DNA from: Mobula hypostoma
Lineage: Eukaryota
DNA: 64,000 nucleotides
Reading direction: 5' to 3'
NCBI RefSeq assembly: GCF_963921235.1
Contig: NC_086100.1
Location: forward strand, 202,804,001 to 202,868,000
Shown here: piece by piece, positions 34,360 through 48,504 of the stretch
Position numbering within the stretch: the first letter of the stretch is position 1
Layout of the letters: every line of letters begins with the position of its first letter
Notes under the pieces: generated by a model
Seen by the model: only the letters and a program-made list of their open reading frames with translations
Database searches by the model: none
What the model was told of the DNA's origin: nothing
Position numbers and translations under genes: made by a program

Positions 34360-36570
34360 GAGGCAGTGGATGTCATTTACTTGGATTTTCAGAAGGCATT
34401 TGATAAGGTGTGACACATGAGGCTGCTTAGCAAAATAAAACACTGTTCAACACGGGTGCACCTCAGGGGTGTGTGCTTAGTCCACTGCTCTACCCTCTAT
34501 ATACCCATGGCTATGTGACTAGGCATAGCTCAAATACCATCTATAAATTTGTTGGCGATACGACCAATGTTGGTAGAATCTCAGGTGGTGACGAGAGGGC
34601 GTACAGGAGTGAGATATGCCAACTAGTGGAATGGCGTCATGGCAACAACCTGGCACTCAACATCAGTAAGATGAAAGAGCTGATTGTGGACTTCTGGAAG
34701 GGTAAGATGAAGGAACACATACCAATCCTCATAGAGGGATCAGAACTGGAGTCAGAGCAGTTTCAAGTTCCTGGGTGTCAAGATCTCTGAGGATCTAACC
34801 TGTGCCCAACATATCGATGTAGTTACAAAGAAGGGACTATACTTCAAGACAGTGACTATACTTCATTAGGAGTTTTAAGAGATTTGGCATGTCAACAAAT
34901 ACACTCAAAAACTTCTATAGATGTACCATGGAGAGCATTCTGACAGGCTGCATCAGCGTCTGGAATGGGGAGACTACTACATAGGACCAAAAGAAGCTGC
35001 AGACGGCTGTAAATTTAGTCAGCTCCATCTTGGGTACTAGCCTACAAAGTACCCAGGACATCTTCAAGGAGCGGTGTCTCAGAAAGGCAGCGTCCACTAT
35101 TAAGGACCTCCAGCACCCAGGACATGCCCTTTTCTCACTGTCACCATCAGGTAGGAGGTACAGGAGCCTGAAGGCACACGCTCAGTGATTCAGGAACAGC
35201 TTCTTCCCCTTGGCCATCTGATTCCTAAATGCACATTGAACCCTTGGACACTATCTCACTTTTCTTTAATAAATAGTATTTCTGTTTTTTGCACATGTTT
35301 AATCTATTCAATATATGTATACTGTATAAAGTATGCTGAATAAGATTTATTTATTTATTTTTTATTATTATTGGTATTTTATATTTTTCTTCTAGATTAT
35401 GTATTGCATTGAACTGCTGCTGCTAAGTTAACAAATTTCACGTCACATGCCGGTGATAATAAACCTGATTCTGATTCTGAAAATCCTATGGCATTGCAGG
35501 AAAGATACTGGTATGGATATAGGAATGGTTGACAGGCATTAGGCAGCAAGTCGGAATAAAAGGAGACTTTTCTGTTTGATTTTCAGTGACTAGTGGTGTT
35601 CCTCAGGGATCAGTATTGCAATCAAAACTTTTCACATTGTTTGTGAATGATTTAGATGAAGGAATTGATGGTTTTGTGGCAAAGTTTGCAGGTGACATGA
35701 AGATAGGTGGAGGGGTAGACCGTGCTGAAGAATCAATGTGAATGCAGCAGGATGAAGACAAATTGGAGAAATGGGCAAAAAAAGTGTCAGATGGAATACA
35801 GTGTTGGGAAATGTATGATGATGCATTTTGGTAAAAGGAACAATAATGTGGACTATTATCTAAATGGGGAGAAGGTTCAAACATCAGAGGTGCAGAGGGA
35901 CTTAGCAGTCCTCGTGCAAGACTCCCAGAAGGTTAATTTACAGGTTGAGTCTGTGGTAAAGAAGACAAATGCAATGTGGGAATTTGTTTCAAGGGGAATA
36001 GAATATAACAGCAAGGAGATAATGCTGAGCCTTTATATGACACTAGTCAGGTCGCACAGAGTATTGTCAACAGTTTTGGGCCCCAGATCTTAGAAAGGAT
36101 GTGTTGTCATTGGAGAGTGTCTAGAGGAGGTTCACGTGGATGATTGTGGGAATGAATGGGTTAACAGATGAGAAGTGTTTGAGGAGTGTTTCCTACCAAG
36201 GATGAAAAGGACTTGATAGGGTGGATGTGGATATGGAGATGATGTTTCCTATGTTGGGGGTATCCAGAATGAGAGGGCGCAGACGCAAAATTGAGGGGCA
36301 ACCTTTCAGAACAGAGGTGAGGAGGATTTTTTTTAGACAGAAAGTAGTGAATCTGTGGAATGCTCTGCCACAGACTGTGGTGGACACCAAGTCTGTGGGT
36401 ATATTTAAGGCAGAAGTTGATAGTTTCCTGATCGGTCAGGGCATCAAGGGATATGGCGAAGAGGCAGGTGTATGTGGTTGAGTGGGATCCGGGATCAGCC
36501 ATGATGGAATGGTGGAGCAGACTCAATGGGCTGAATGGCCTAATTCTGCTCCTATGTCTTATGGTCTGAT
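34360..36570 (+). mobile_element. CR1 RT and 3' end, interrupted by a Rex1/Babar LINE
   Basis: TTTCAGAAGGCATTTGATAAGG at 34387, resuming at 35481; VQRDLAVLVQDSQKVNLQVE; tail TCTTATGGTC. Confidence 0.88.
34441..35480 (+). mobile_element. Rex1/Babar LINE 3' part
   Basis: TGAPQGCVLSPLLYPLYTH..KFVGDT..LALNISKMKELIVDF; AATAAACCTGATTCTGATTCTGA tail. Confidence 0.9.
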
Positions 36571-36680
36571 GATCAGTTGTCTGCGCATGCACGTTGTTCT
36601 CTCGCTGCAATGTAAATACACCAGTGAAAGCCATCCCCTACATGGGTGTTTTTATTTTAATTGATATGTAGTTCTGCACC
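36570..36680 (+). repeat. Fragment related to the LTRs of the 8116-14026 Gypsy family
   Basis: CTCTC.CTGCAATGTAAATACACCAGT..TTTTATTTTAATTGATATGTAGTT aligns with 13940-14012. Confidence 0.6.
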
Positions 36681-37555
36681 CTGTCCAAAGCCTTAACATT
36701 CTTCCTGTTCTGGGGAACAGAACTGTATGCAATACTCCAGAATTTCATAAAGTTGAATCATAATCTCCTGGCTCTTGAACTCAGTGCCTCAACTAATAAA
36801 AGCAAGCATTACATAAGACTTCTGAACATCCTTATCAATGTGTGGCCACTTTGATGGAGCTGTGAACTTGGATCCCAAGATCTCTCTGCTCAGCAACACT
36901 GTTACAGATCTTGCCAACAACATTGTACTGTCTCCTTGTATTTCCCCAGTCAAGATACACCTTTTTCACATTTATCTGGGTTAAATTCCATATGCTATTC
37001 TTCTACCCATGTCCACAGCTGATCTATATCATGCTGTATTCTTTGCCAGTCTTCTATGCCAGGTATAACTCCACCAATCTTGGTATCATTTGCAAATTTG
37101 CTTACCCACCCACTTACATTTTTATTCAGCTCATTTATATACATCACAAACAGCAGAGGTGCGAGCATAGATCATTGTGGAACTCCACTAATTACAGACC
37201 ACTAGTTCAGTCCTGTATCCAAACCCCCAATTTGCCACGGGTCCCATGTATCTTAATCTTCTGGATTAGCCTCCCATGAGTTCCAAATTCACGGAGATAA
37301 CATCCACTGCCCTACCCTCATCTATCTCTCTCATCATCTTGCCAAATGGTATATAGTGTAGAGAAGTGTTGGGTCATACACTTTAGTAGAAAGAATAAGG
37401 GGATAGACTACGTTCTAAATGGGGTGAAGATTTAAAAAGCAGAGGTGCAAATGGATGTGGGAGTCCTCATGCAGGAATCTGTAAAGATTAATTTGCAGGA
37501 TGAGTTGATGGTGAGGAAGGCAAATGAAATGTGAGCATTCATTTCAAGAGGACAA
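36680..37555. mobile_element. Degraded CR1 fragments (minus, then plus)
   Basis: CR1 RT and 3' motifs, e.g. GTATCATTTGCAAATTTG (minus-strand KFANDT) and GAGGAAGGCAAATG. Confidence 0.7.
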
Positions 37556-38039
37556 GGCTGCTGCTGTATACGGCATTTTTCAGACCACCATCTCCCCTCC
37601 TTCCAAACTCCCATCTCACCCCTCACTCAATACTCCTCCCCCTATATTTTCTTTATTTCTCTCCCCCTCCCTCTCTCCCTTCCCCTCTCCCCCTCTCCCT
37701 CTCGCTATCCCTCCCCCACTCCTTCATTCCCATTTCCAATTGGTTACACTGTAAGTCAATTACATGCTTTTCTTTCCTCTCATTTGTCGAAACTGGTTTG
37801 GTTTCCTGCAGCGGCCGGATGTGAATATTTTCATCGCGGCGATTGGAATAAATGGGAATATGTGGAAACGCCGAAAATGATCCGACTCGATGAAAAAAAC
37901 ATTAAGTTGGGTGAGAAAATCGTTCCCAGGCATGTTGAATGAATCGGATTGTGGTTCCCCGCCGTTCGCGAGATCCTCACAGAGAAACCCGGTGTATCCG
38001 GCGGATCGCGGGCTGGAGAACTGGCGGCGAATCCTTCCC

Positions 38040-41000
38040 ATTCCCCTCCTGTCCTCTATCCCCACCCTCCCCGACCCCTCCTACCCCACCCTCCCCTACC
38101 CCTCCCCCGTCCCCGACCCCTCCTACCCCACCCTCCCCTACCCCTCCCCCGTCCCCGACCCCTCCTACCCCACCCTCCCCTACCCCTCCCCCGTCCCCGA
38201 CCCCTCCTACCCCACCCTCCCCTACCCCTCCTACCCCACCCTCCCCTACCCCTCCCCCGTCCCCGACCCCTCCTACCCCACCCTCCCCTACCCCTCCCCC
38301 GTCCCCGACCCCTCCTACCCCACCCTCCCCTACCCCTCCCCCGTCCCCGACCCCTCCTACCCCACCCTCCCCTACCCCTCCCCCGTCCCCGACCCCTCCT
38401 ACCACACCCTCCCCTACCCCTCCCCCGTCCCCGACCCCTCCTACCCCACCCTCCCCTACCCCTCCCCCGTCCCCGACCCCTCCTACCCCACCCTCCCCTA
38501 CCCCTCCTACCCCACCCTCCCCTACCCCTCCCCCGTCCCCGACCCCTCCTACCCCACCCTCCCCTACCCCTCCCCCGTCCCCGACCCCTCCTACCCCACC
38601 CTCCCCTACCCCTCCCCCGTCCCCGACCCCTCCTACCCCACCCTCCCCTACCCCTCCCCCGTCCCCGACCCCTCCTACCCCACCCTCCCCTACCCCTCCT
38701 ACCCCACCCTCCCCTACCCCTCCCCCGTCCCCGACCCCTCCTACCCCACCCTCCTCTACCCCTCCTACCCCACCCTCCCCTACCCCTCCCCCGTCCCCGA
38801 CCCCTCCTACCCCACCCTCCCCTACCCCTCCCCCGTCCCCGACCCCTCCTACCCCACCCTCCCCTACCCCTCCCCCGTCCCCGACCCCTCCTACCCCACC
38901 CTCCCCTACCCCTCCCCCGTCCCCGACCCCTCCTACCCCACCCTCCCCTACCCCTCCTACCCCACCCTCCCCTACCCCTCCCCCGTCCCCGACCCCTCCT
39001 ACCCCACCCTCCCCTACCCCTCCCCCGTCCCCGACCCCTCCTACCCCACCCTCCCCTACCCCTCCCCCGTCCCCGACCCCTCCTACCCCACCCTCCCCTA
39101 CCCCTCCTACCCCACCCTCCCCTACCCCTCCCCCGTCCCCGACCCCTCCTACCCCACCCTACCCGTCCCCTCCTACCCCACCCTCCCCTACCCCTCCCCC
39201 GTCCCCGACCCCTCCTACCCCACCCTACCCGTCCCCTCCTACCCCACCCTCCCCTACCCCTCCCCCGTCCCCGACCCCTCCTACCCCACCCTACCCGTCC
39301 CCTCCTACCCCACCCTCCACTCCCCCTCCCCCGAACCCTCCTACCCCTCCCTCCCCAACCCCTCCCCCGTCCCCGACCCCTCCTACCCCACCCTCCCCGA
39401 CCCCTCCTACCCCACCCTCCCCTACCCCTCCCCCGTCCCCGACCCCTCCTACCCCACCCTACCCGTCCCCTCCTACCCCACCCTCCCCGTCCCCTCCTAC
39501 CCCACCCTCCCCGACCCCTCCTACCCCACCCTCCCCTACCCCTCCCCCGTCCCCGACCCCTCCTACCCCACCCTCCCCGTCCCCTCCCCCGTCCCCGACC
39601 CCTCCTACCCCACCCTACCCGTCCCCTCCTACCCCACCCTCCCCTCCCCCTCCCCCGTCCCCGACCCCTCCTACCCCACCCTACCCGTCCCCTCCTACCC
39701 CACCCTCCCCTCCCCCTCCCCCGACCCCTCCTACCCCTCCCTCCCCAACCCCTCCCCCGTCCCCGACCCCTCCTACCCCACCCTCCCCTACCCCTCCCCC
39801 GTCCCCGACCCCTCCTACCCCACCCTACCCGTCCCCTCCTACCCCACCCTCCCCGTCCCCTCCTACCCCACCCTCCCCGACCCCTCCTACCCCACCCTCC
39901 CCTACCCCTCCCCCGTCCCCGACCCCTCCTACCCCACCCTCCCCGTCCCCTCCCCCGTCCCCGACCCCTCCTACCCCACCCTCCCCGACCCCTCTCCCGT
40001 CCCCGACCCCTCCTACCCCACCCTCCCCGACCCCTCCCCCCGCCCGACCCGTCCCCTCCTACCCCACCCTCCCCGTCCCCTCCTACCCCCTCCTCCCCGA
40101 CCCCTCCTACCCCACCCTCCCCTACCCCTCCCCCGTCCCCGACTCCTCCTACCCCACCCTCCCCGACCCCTCCTACCCCACCCTCCCCGTCCCCTCCCCC
40201 GCCCCCGACCCCTCCTACCCCACCCTCCCCGACCCCTCCCCCATCCCCGCCCCCTCCCCCGTCCCCGACCCCTCCTACCCCACCCTCCCCGTCCCCTCCC
40301 CCGTCCCCGACCCCTCCTACCCCACCCTCCCTGACCCCTCCCCCCGTCCCCGACCCCTCCTACCCCACCCCCTCCTACCCCACCCTCCCCTACCCCTCCT
40401 ACCCCACCCTCCCCTACCCCTCCCCCGTCCCCGACCCCTCCTACCCCACCCTACCCGTCCCCTCCTACCCCACCCTCCCCGTCCTCTCCTACCCCACCCG
40501 ACCCGTCCCCTCCTACCCCACCCTCCCCGTCCCCTCCTACCCCCTCCTCCCCGACCCCTCCTACCCCACCCTCCCCTACCCCTCCCCCGTCCCCGACTCC
40601 TCCTACCCCACCCTCCCCGACCCCTCCTACCCCACCCTCCCCGTCACCTCCCCCGCCCCCGACCCCTCCTACCCCACCCTCCCCGACCCCTCCCCCATCC
40701 CCGCCCCCTCCCCCGTCCCCGACCCCTCCTACCCCACCCTCCCCGTCCCCTCCCCCGTCCCCGACCCCTCCTACCCCACCCTCCCTGACCCCTCCCCCAT
40801 CCCCGACCCCTCCTACCCCACCCTCCCCGTCCCCGACCCCTCCTACCCCACCCTCCCCGACCCCTCCCCCGTCCCCGACCCTTCCTACCCCACCCTCCCC
40901 GACCCCTCCTACCCCACCCTCCCCGTCCCCTCCCCCGTCCCCGACCCCTCCTACCCCACCCTCCCCGACCCCTCCCCCGTCCCCGACCCCTCCTACCCCA

Positions 41001-44000
41001 CCCTCCCCAACCCCTCCTACCCAACCCTCCCCGACCCCTCCCCCGTCCCCGACCCCTCCTACCCCACCCTCCCCGACCCCGACCCCTCCTAACCCACCCT
41101 CCCCAACCCCTCCTACCCAACCCTCCCCGACCCCTCCCCCGTCCCCGACCCCTCCTACCCCACCCTCCCCGACCCCGACCCCTCCTACCCCTCCCTCCCC
41201 AACCCCTCCCCCGTCCCCGACCCCTCCTACCCCACCCTCTCCAACCCCTCCTACCCCACCCTCCCCGTCCCCGACCCCGACCCCTCCTACCCCACCCTCC
41301 CCGACCCGTCCCCCGTACCCGACCCCTCCTACCCCACCCTCCCCAACCCCTCCTACCCCACCCTCCCAGTCCACGACCCCTCCTACCCCACCCTCCCCAA
41401 CCCCTCCCCCGTCCCCGACCCCTCCTACCCCACCCTCCCCGACCCCTCCCCCATCCCCGACCCCTCCTACCCCACCCTCCCCGACCCCTCCCCCGTCCCC
41501 GACCCCTCCTACCCCACCCTCCCTGACCCCTCCCCCGTCCCCAACCCCTCCTACCCCACCCTCCCCGACCCCTCCTACCCCACCCTCCCCGACCCCTCCC
41601 CCGTCCCCGACCCTTCCTACCCCACCCTCCCCGACCCCTCCTACCCCACCCTCCCCGTCCCCTCCCCCGTCCCCGACCCCTCCTACCCCACCCTCCCCGA
41701 CCCCTCCCCCGTCCCCGACCCCTCCTACCCCACCCTCCCCGTCCCCGACCCCTCCTACCCCACCCTCCCCGACCCCTCCCCCGTCCCCGACCCCTCCTAC
41801 CCCACCCTCCCCAACCCCTCCTACCCAACCCTCCCCGACCCCTCCCCCGTCCCCGACCCCTCCTACCCCACCCTCCCCTCCCCCTCCCCGTCCCCGACCC
41901 CTCCTACCCCACCCTCCCCGACCCCGACCCCTCCTACCCCTCCCTCCCCAACCCCTCCCCAGTCCCCGACCCCTCCTACCCCACCCTCCCCGTCCCCGAC
42001 CCCTCCTACCCCACCCTCCCCAACCCCTCCTACCCCACCCTCCCCGTCCCCTCCCCCGTCCCCGACCCCTCCTACCCCACCCTCCCCGACCCGTCCCCCG
42101 TACCCGACCCCTCCTACCCCACCCTCCCCAACCCCTCCGACCCCACCCTCCCCGACCCCGACCCCTCCTACCCCACCCTCCCCGACCCCGACCCCTCCTA
42201 CCCCCTCCCTCCCCAACCCCTCCCCCGTCCCCGACCCCTCCTACCCTACCCTCCCCGTCCCCTCCCCCGTCCCCGACCCCTCCTACCCCATCCTCCCCGA
42301 CCTGTCCCCCGTACCCGACCCCTCCTACCCCACCCTCCCCAACCCCTCCTACCCCACCCTCCCCGTCCACGACCCCTCCTACCCCACCCTCCCCAACCCC
42401 TCCCCCCGTCCCCGACCCCTCCTACCCCACCCTCCCCGACCCCTCCCCCATCCCCGACCCCTCCTACCCCACCCTCCCCGACCCCGACCCCTCCTACCCC
42501 TCCCTCCCCAACCCCTCCCCCGTCCCTGACCCCTCCTACCCCACCCTCCCCGTCCCCTCCTACCCCACTCTCCCCAACCCCTCCTCCCCACCCCGCCCCG
42601 ACCCCTCCCCCTCCCCCGTCCCCGACCCCTCCTACCCCACCCTCCCCTCCCCCTCCCCCGTCCCCGACCCCTCCTACCCCACTCTCCCCGACCCCGACCC
42701 CACCTACCCCTCCTTCCCCAACCCCTCCCCCGTCCCCGAGCCCTCCTACCCCACCCTCCCCAACCCCTCCTACCCCACCCTCCCCCGTCCCCGACCCCTC
42801 CTACCCCACCCTCCCCAACCCCTCCTACCCCACCCTCCCCGACCCCTCCCCGTCCCCGACCCCTCCTACCCCACCCTCCCCAACCCCTCCTACCCCACCA
42901 TCCCCGTCCCCGACCCCTCCTACCCCACCCTCCCCAGCCCCTCCCCCGTCCCCGACCCCTCCTACCCCACCCTCCCTGACCCCTCCCCCATCCCCGACCC
43001 CTCCTACCCCACCCTCCCCGACCCGACCCCTCCTACCCCTCCCTCCCCAACCCCTCCCCTGTCCCCGACCCCTCCTACCCCACCCTCCCCGTCCCCGACC
43101 CCTCCTACCCCACCCTCCCCAACCCCTCCTACCCCACCCTCCCCGTCCCCTCCCTCATCCCCGACCCCTCCTACCCCACCCTCCCCGTCCCTGACCCCTC
43201 CTACCCCACCATCCCCGACCCCTCCTACCCCACCCTCCCCGTCCCTGACCCCTCCTACCCCACCATCCCCAACCCCTCCTACCCCACCCTCCCCGACCCC
43301 TCCTACCCCACTCTCCCCGTCCCCTCCCCCGTCCCGACCCCTCCTACCCCACCCTCCCCGACCCCTCCTACCCCACCCTCCCCGTCCCCGACCTCCTACC
43401 CCACCCTCCCCAACCCCTCCCCCGTCCCCGACCCCTCCTACCCCACCCTCCCCAACCCCTCCTACCCCACCCTCCCCGACCCCTCCCCCGCCCCGACCCC
43501 TGCTACCCCACTCTCCCCGTCCCCTCCCCGTCCCGACCCCTCCTACCTCACCCTCCCCGACCCCTCCTACCCCACCCTCCCCGTCCCCGACCCCTCCTAC
43601 CCCACCCTCCCCGACCCCTCCTACCCCACCCTCCCCGTCCCCTCCCCCGTCCCCGACCCCTCCTACCCCACCCTCCCCAACCCCTCCCCGTCCCCGACCC
43701 CTTCTACCCCACCCTCCCCAACCCCTCCTACCTCACCCTCCCCGACCCCTCCTACCCCACCCTCCCCGTCCCCGACCTCCTACCCCACCCTCCCCAACCC
43801 CTCCCCCGTCCCCGACCCCTCCTACCCCACCCTCCCCAACCCCTCCTACCCCACCCTCCCCGACCCCTCCCCCGCCCCGACCTCTGTTACCCCACTCTCC
43901 CCGTCCCCTCCCCGTCCCGACCCCTCCTACCTCACCCTCCCCGACCCCTCCTACCCCACCCTCACCGTCCCCGACCCCTCCTACCCCACCCTCCCCGACC

Positions 44001-45530
44001 CCTCCTACCCCACCCTCCCCGTCCCCTCCCCCGTCCCCGACCCCTCCTACCCCACCCTCCCCAACCCCTCCCCGTCCCCGACCCCTTCTACCCCACCCTC
44101 CCCGACCCCTCCTGTCCGCAACCTCCTCCTCCCCCTCCTGTCCTCTATCACCCTCCTCCCCGACCCCTCCTACCCCACCCTCCCTGTCCCCGACCCCTCC
44201 TACCCCACCCTCCCCAACCCCTCCCCCATCCCCGACCCCTCCTACCCCACCTTCCCATTCCCCTCCTGTCCACAACCTCCTCCTCCCCCTCCTCCTCGAC
44301 CCCTCCTACCCCACCCTCCCCAACCCCTCCCCCGTCCCCGACCCCTCCTCCCACATCCCCGACCCCTCCTTCTCCCACCTTCCCATTCCCCTCCTGTCCG
44401 CAACCTCCTCCTCCCCCTCCTGTCCTCTATCCCCCTCCTCCCCAACCCCTCCTACCCCACCCTCCCCGTCCCCTCCCCGTCCCCGACCCCTACTACCCCA
44501 CCCTCCCGTCCCCAACCCCTCCTACCCCACCCTCCCCAACCCCTCCCCCGTCCCCGACCCCTCCTACCCCACTCTCCCCAACCCCTCCCCCGTCCCCAAC
44601 CCCTCCTACCCCACCCTCCCCGTCCCCGACCCCTCCTACCCCACCCTCCCCAACCCCTCCCCCGTCCCCGACCCCTCCTACCCCACCCTCCCCGTCCCCT
44701 CCCCGTCCCCGACCCCTCCTACCCCACCCTCCACAACCCCTCCTGTCCGCAACCTCCTCCTCCCCCTCCTGTCCTCTATCCCCCTCCTCCCCGACCCCTC
44801 CTACCCCACCCTCCCCAACCCCTCCTGTCCGCAACCTCCTCCTCCCCCTCCTGTCCTCTATCACCCTCCTCCCCGACCCCTCCTACCCCACCCTCCCCAA
44901 CCCCTCCCCCATCCCCGACCCCTCCTACCCCACCTTCCCATTCCCCTCCTGTCCACAACCTCCTCCTCCCCCTCCTCCTCGACCCCTCCTACCCCACCCT
45001 CCCCAACCCCTCCCCCGTCCCCGACCCCTCCTCCCACATCCCCGACCCCTCCTTCTCCCACCTTCCCATTCCCCTCCTGTCCGCAACCTCCTCCTCCCCC
45101 TCCTGTCCTCTATCCCCCTCCTCCCCAACCCCTCCTACCCCACCCTCCCCAACCCCTCCCCGTCCCCGACCCCTCCTCCCACATCCCCGACCCCTCCTCC
45201 TCCCACCTTCCCATTCCCCTCCTGTCCGCAACCTCCTCCTCCCCCTCCTGTCTTCTATCCTCCCTCCTCGACCCCTCCTGCCCCTCCTACCTAACCTTCC
45301 CGACCCCTCCTCCCACATCCCCGACCCTTCCTCCTCCCTGTCCCCGTCCCCTCCTCCCTCGTCTCCGACCCCTCCTCCTGCTACCTTCCCTGACCCCTCC
45401 TCCCCATCCCCTCCTCCTCCCCGTCCCCTCCTCCTCCCCGTCCCCCCCTCCTCCTCCCCCCCATCCCCGACCCCTCCTCCTCCCCCCGTCCCCGACTCTT
45501 CCTCTCTGTCCCTGACCCCTTCTCTGACCC
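38040..45530. repeat. About 7.5-kb C-rich minisatellite (G-rich on minus); 42-bp unit made of 24- and 18-bp modules
   Basis: CCCGACCCCTCCTACCCCACCCTCCCCTACCCCTCCCCCGTC repeated, with variants changing progressively along the array. Confidence 0.98.
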
Positions 45531-45884
45531 TACTCCCAGACTCCAGGGTCTATTCAAACCCCTCTGAACCCATCACCACCCTAGGGAGTGTTCCATGCCA
45601 CCACCCCAGAGTCTGTCCCACTCCCCTCCAACCCCACCGTCCTGGGGTCCGTCCCCTCCTGCCAACACCCTTCCGGATCCTTCCTGCCTGCCATCCCTCC
45701 TTGCCTCCCATAACCGACTTCCAGGTCCATCCCGTCCCTTCGACCACCACCCCCCCCGCCCGTGTCTGTTGCACCCTCTGCAATCTCCCCCTCCCAGGTC
45801 CGTCCTAACCCCTCTCTGCCATCCTTGTGAGGGAACGGGTGGTAGAGGGAAAACGCTGGTCGTGTTGGCACAGACTAACAGTAG

Positions 45885-46780
45885 GAGGGAAGAGATGACA
45901 TATGAGGACAAACTAACCAATAATAATATAAAGCAAGATACTAAAGTATTTTTTAGTTATATGAAGAGTAAAAGGGAGGTGAGAGTTGATATTGGACCAC
46001 TGGAAAATGATGCCGGTGAAGTAGTGATGGGGGATAAAGAAATGGGAGATGAAGTTAATGAGTACTTTGCATCAGTCTTCACTGTGGAAGACATCAGCAG
46101 TGTGCCAGAGGTCCATGAGAAGGAAAAAATGCCAGGCAAACTGAAAGGTCTTCAGGTGCACAAGTCACCTGGACCAGATGGACTGCATCCCAGAGTTCTG
46201 AGAGAGGTTGCTGAAGAGATAACAGATGCATTGGTCATGATCTTTCAAGAATCACTAGTTTTTGGCATGGTCCTGGAGATATTTAGGTCCCATATCTCAG
46301 GATGGATGTGTTGCCATTGGGGAGAATCCAGAGGAGGTTCATGAGGATAATTCAGGGAATGAAGGGGTTAACGTATGAGGAGCGTTTTGCAGCTTTGGGC
46401 CTTTACTCACTGGAATTAAGAAAAATGCGTGGGGATCTCATTGAATCATATCAAATGTTGAAAAGACTGGTTAGGGTGAATGTGGAGATGCTTCCTATGG
46501 TGGGAGTATCCAGAACTAGAAGTCGAGCTTCAAAATTGAGGGGTGACCTTTTAGAACAGAGTTAAGGAGGAATTTTTTAGCCAGAGAGTGGCGGAGGTCA
46601 ACTCTGTGGGTGTGTTTAAGGTGGAAGTTGATTGTTTCCTGATCGGTCAGAACATCAAAGGATATGGAAAGAAGGCAGGTATATGGGGTTGAATGTGGCC
46701 TGGGATCAGTCATAATGGAATGGTGGAGCAGACTCGATGGGCCAAGTGGCCTAATTCAAGCATTTGATGTCTTATGGCCC
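45885..46780 (+). mobile_element. CR1 with a large internal deletion
   Basis: GPLENDAGEVVMGDKE..HKSPGPDG joined directly to GLTYEERFAALGLYSLE; tail TCTTATGG. Confidence 0.88.
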
Positions 46781-48504
46781 TAGATGAGGGAATGGTCTTT
46801 GCGTAAATCCAGTATAGTCCATTAGAAGGTCTGCTTGGCGAGAACTACTGAAAGTTCCTGTCACTTCTTGTCTGTGAGGGTATTTCAACATATACCCAGT
46901 GTGCTTTCCTCACTCGCTGTCTGAAGTGTGCATTGAGAAGAAGTGATTACTGGACCCACTTCGTGTTAGCATAACTTGATGCATTAGTGACATCTTTGCA
47001 CCAAAGAATCCCGCTGCATTACTGCAAATGTTGGCAGGTGGGATTATTGCAGAGTAGTTTAAGTATATCCATTATGGATCCAGTGCTTGAGTGGAACCTG
47101 CTGGAGACTGTGGGTTGTAGTCATTACTGTGTTTGATAGGTGAGAGGATCCTGCTATGGAACGTCAAGCCGAATTGTACGGAGGTAATAGACCCTGCTAT
47201 GTGGAGGAACTGCATCTGTAGGGGGAAAGATATTGAATTCCTGCGTCAGGACAGAGTGGAGAGGAAGTGTGGTGAGATCGGAGCCCAAGGTGATTTGGTG
47301 GATGAAAGAGGCAGGGTGCAGCAGGTAGTGAGGGGTGAGATAGTGGTGTGGAGTTGGAAAACAGTAGCAGGCGGGTGATCGAGGCAGATGAGATGCAGAA
47401 GGAATGAGGTTTGTAGATGGGAGACAGTTGTTGAAGGGGACTTAGCAGGAACACAAGCACTACCAGTGCTGGAATCAAATAAGACATGGAACTGATGATA
47501 GGAATCATTCGGGGAGAGGTGAGTAGCAGGTGAGCCAGAAGCATAGGATAAGCAGTGGGGAGTATATTGGGTTTGATTGGCTACCAGTTCTATGCCTCAC
47601 AGAGATGTAATGTAATTAATTTCTGTATATTAAATTAGCTAATCCTTCCAGAGAATATCATTTGACAGATGAAGAAAGTTGAGGCAGATATTGGAGTTGA
47701 AATGAGCAAGTCCAGTAAACAGCTGAGGCAGAAACGAGAGAAGAATTAAGGAAGGTCTTGTATACTGAACTGCATTTAATGCAAGAAGCCTGGCAGGTAA
47801 GGCAAATGATGGGGAGGTACACAGGATTGAGACATTACAGCTATTACTGGAACACAGTAGAGGAAAGGAAACTAAGCTAAAAAAGATTGTGAATGGCAGT
47901 CAAATGTGGGGTACAAAATGTACCAGGAGAAGGAAATGCACGAAAGGAAAGGAATGTTACAGTGATCATTGGGAACTTCACAATATGCAAGTAAGCTGGG
48001 AAACTAGTGGACCCAATGAAACAGATTTCACAGAATGATGGGAGCCAGTATGGTAGAACTGAGGATGAGCCAGCAGGTTTACAAGTAGATGATGGGTGTA
48101 ACATGAATGTAGGGAAGGACAAGCCAATGACTGAGTACAAATGCAGACAGAGCAAAGAGTTAAATTGTACCACAGAAACAAAATTCAAAAGGGTGAAGAA
48201 TACAGGACCGAAGATGCTGTATTTAAATGCGCGTAGTATTTAGAATAAGGCGGACAAGCTTGTGGCACAATTAGAGATTGGCCGGTGTGATGTTGTGGGC
48301 GTCACTGGGTCGTGGATGAAAGAAGGCCATAGTTGGGAACTTAACATCAAAGGATATACTTTATATCAAAAGGACAGGCAGGAAAGCATAGGTGGTGGTG
48401 TGGCTCTGTTGGTAAGAGATGGAATTACGTTTTTAGAAAGAGGTGACATAGGATCAGAGAACGTTGAATCTTTGTGGGTGGAGTTAAGTAACTGCAAGGG
48501 CAAT

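Noticed and set aside
37890..42370. Very long Pro-rich or Gly/Arg-rich ORFs (814, 949, 1047 and 639 aa) resembling extensin or mucin
   Set aside because: All frames are open because the C-rich repeat lacks stops and has 3n units. There is no third-position variation pattern, signal peptide or splice context, and frames break at indels.
45595..46344. 249-aa ORF as a host gene
   Set aside because: Chance read-through from low-complexity flank into a CR1 ORF2 fragment.
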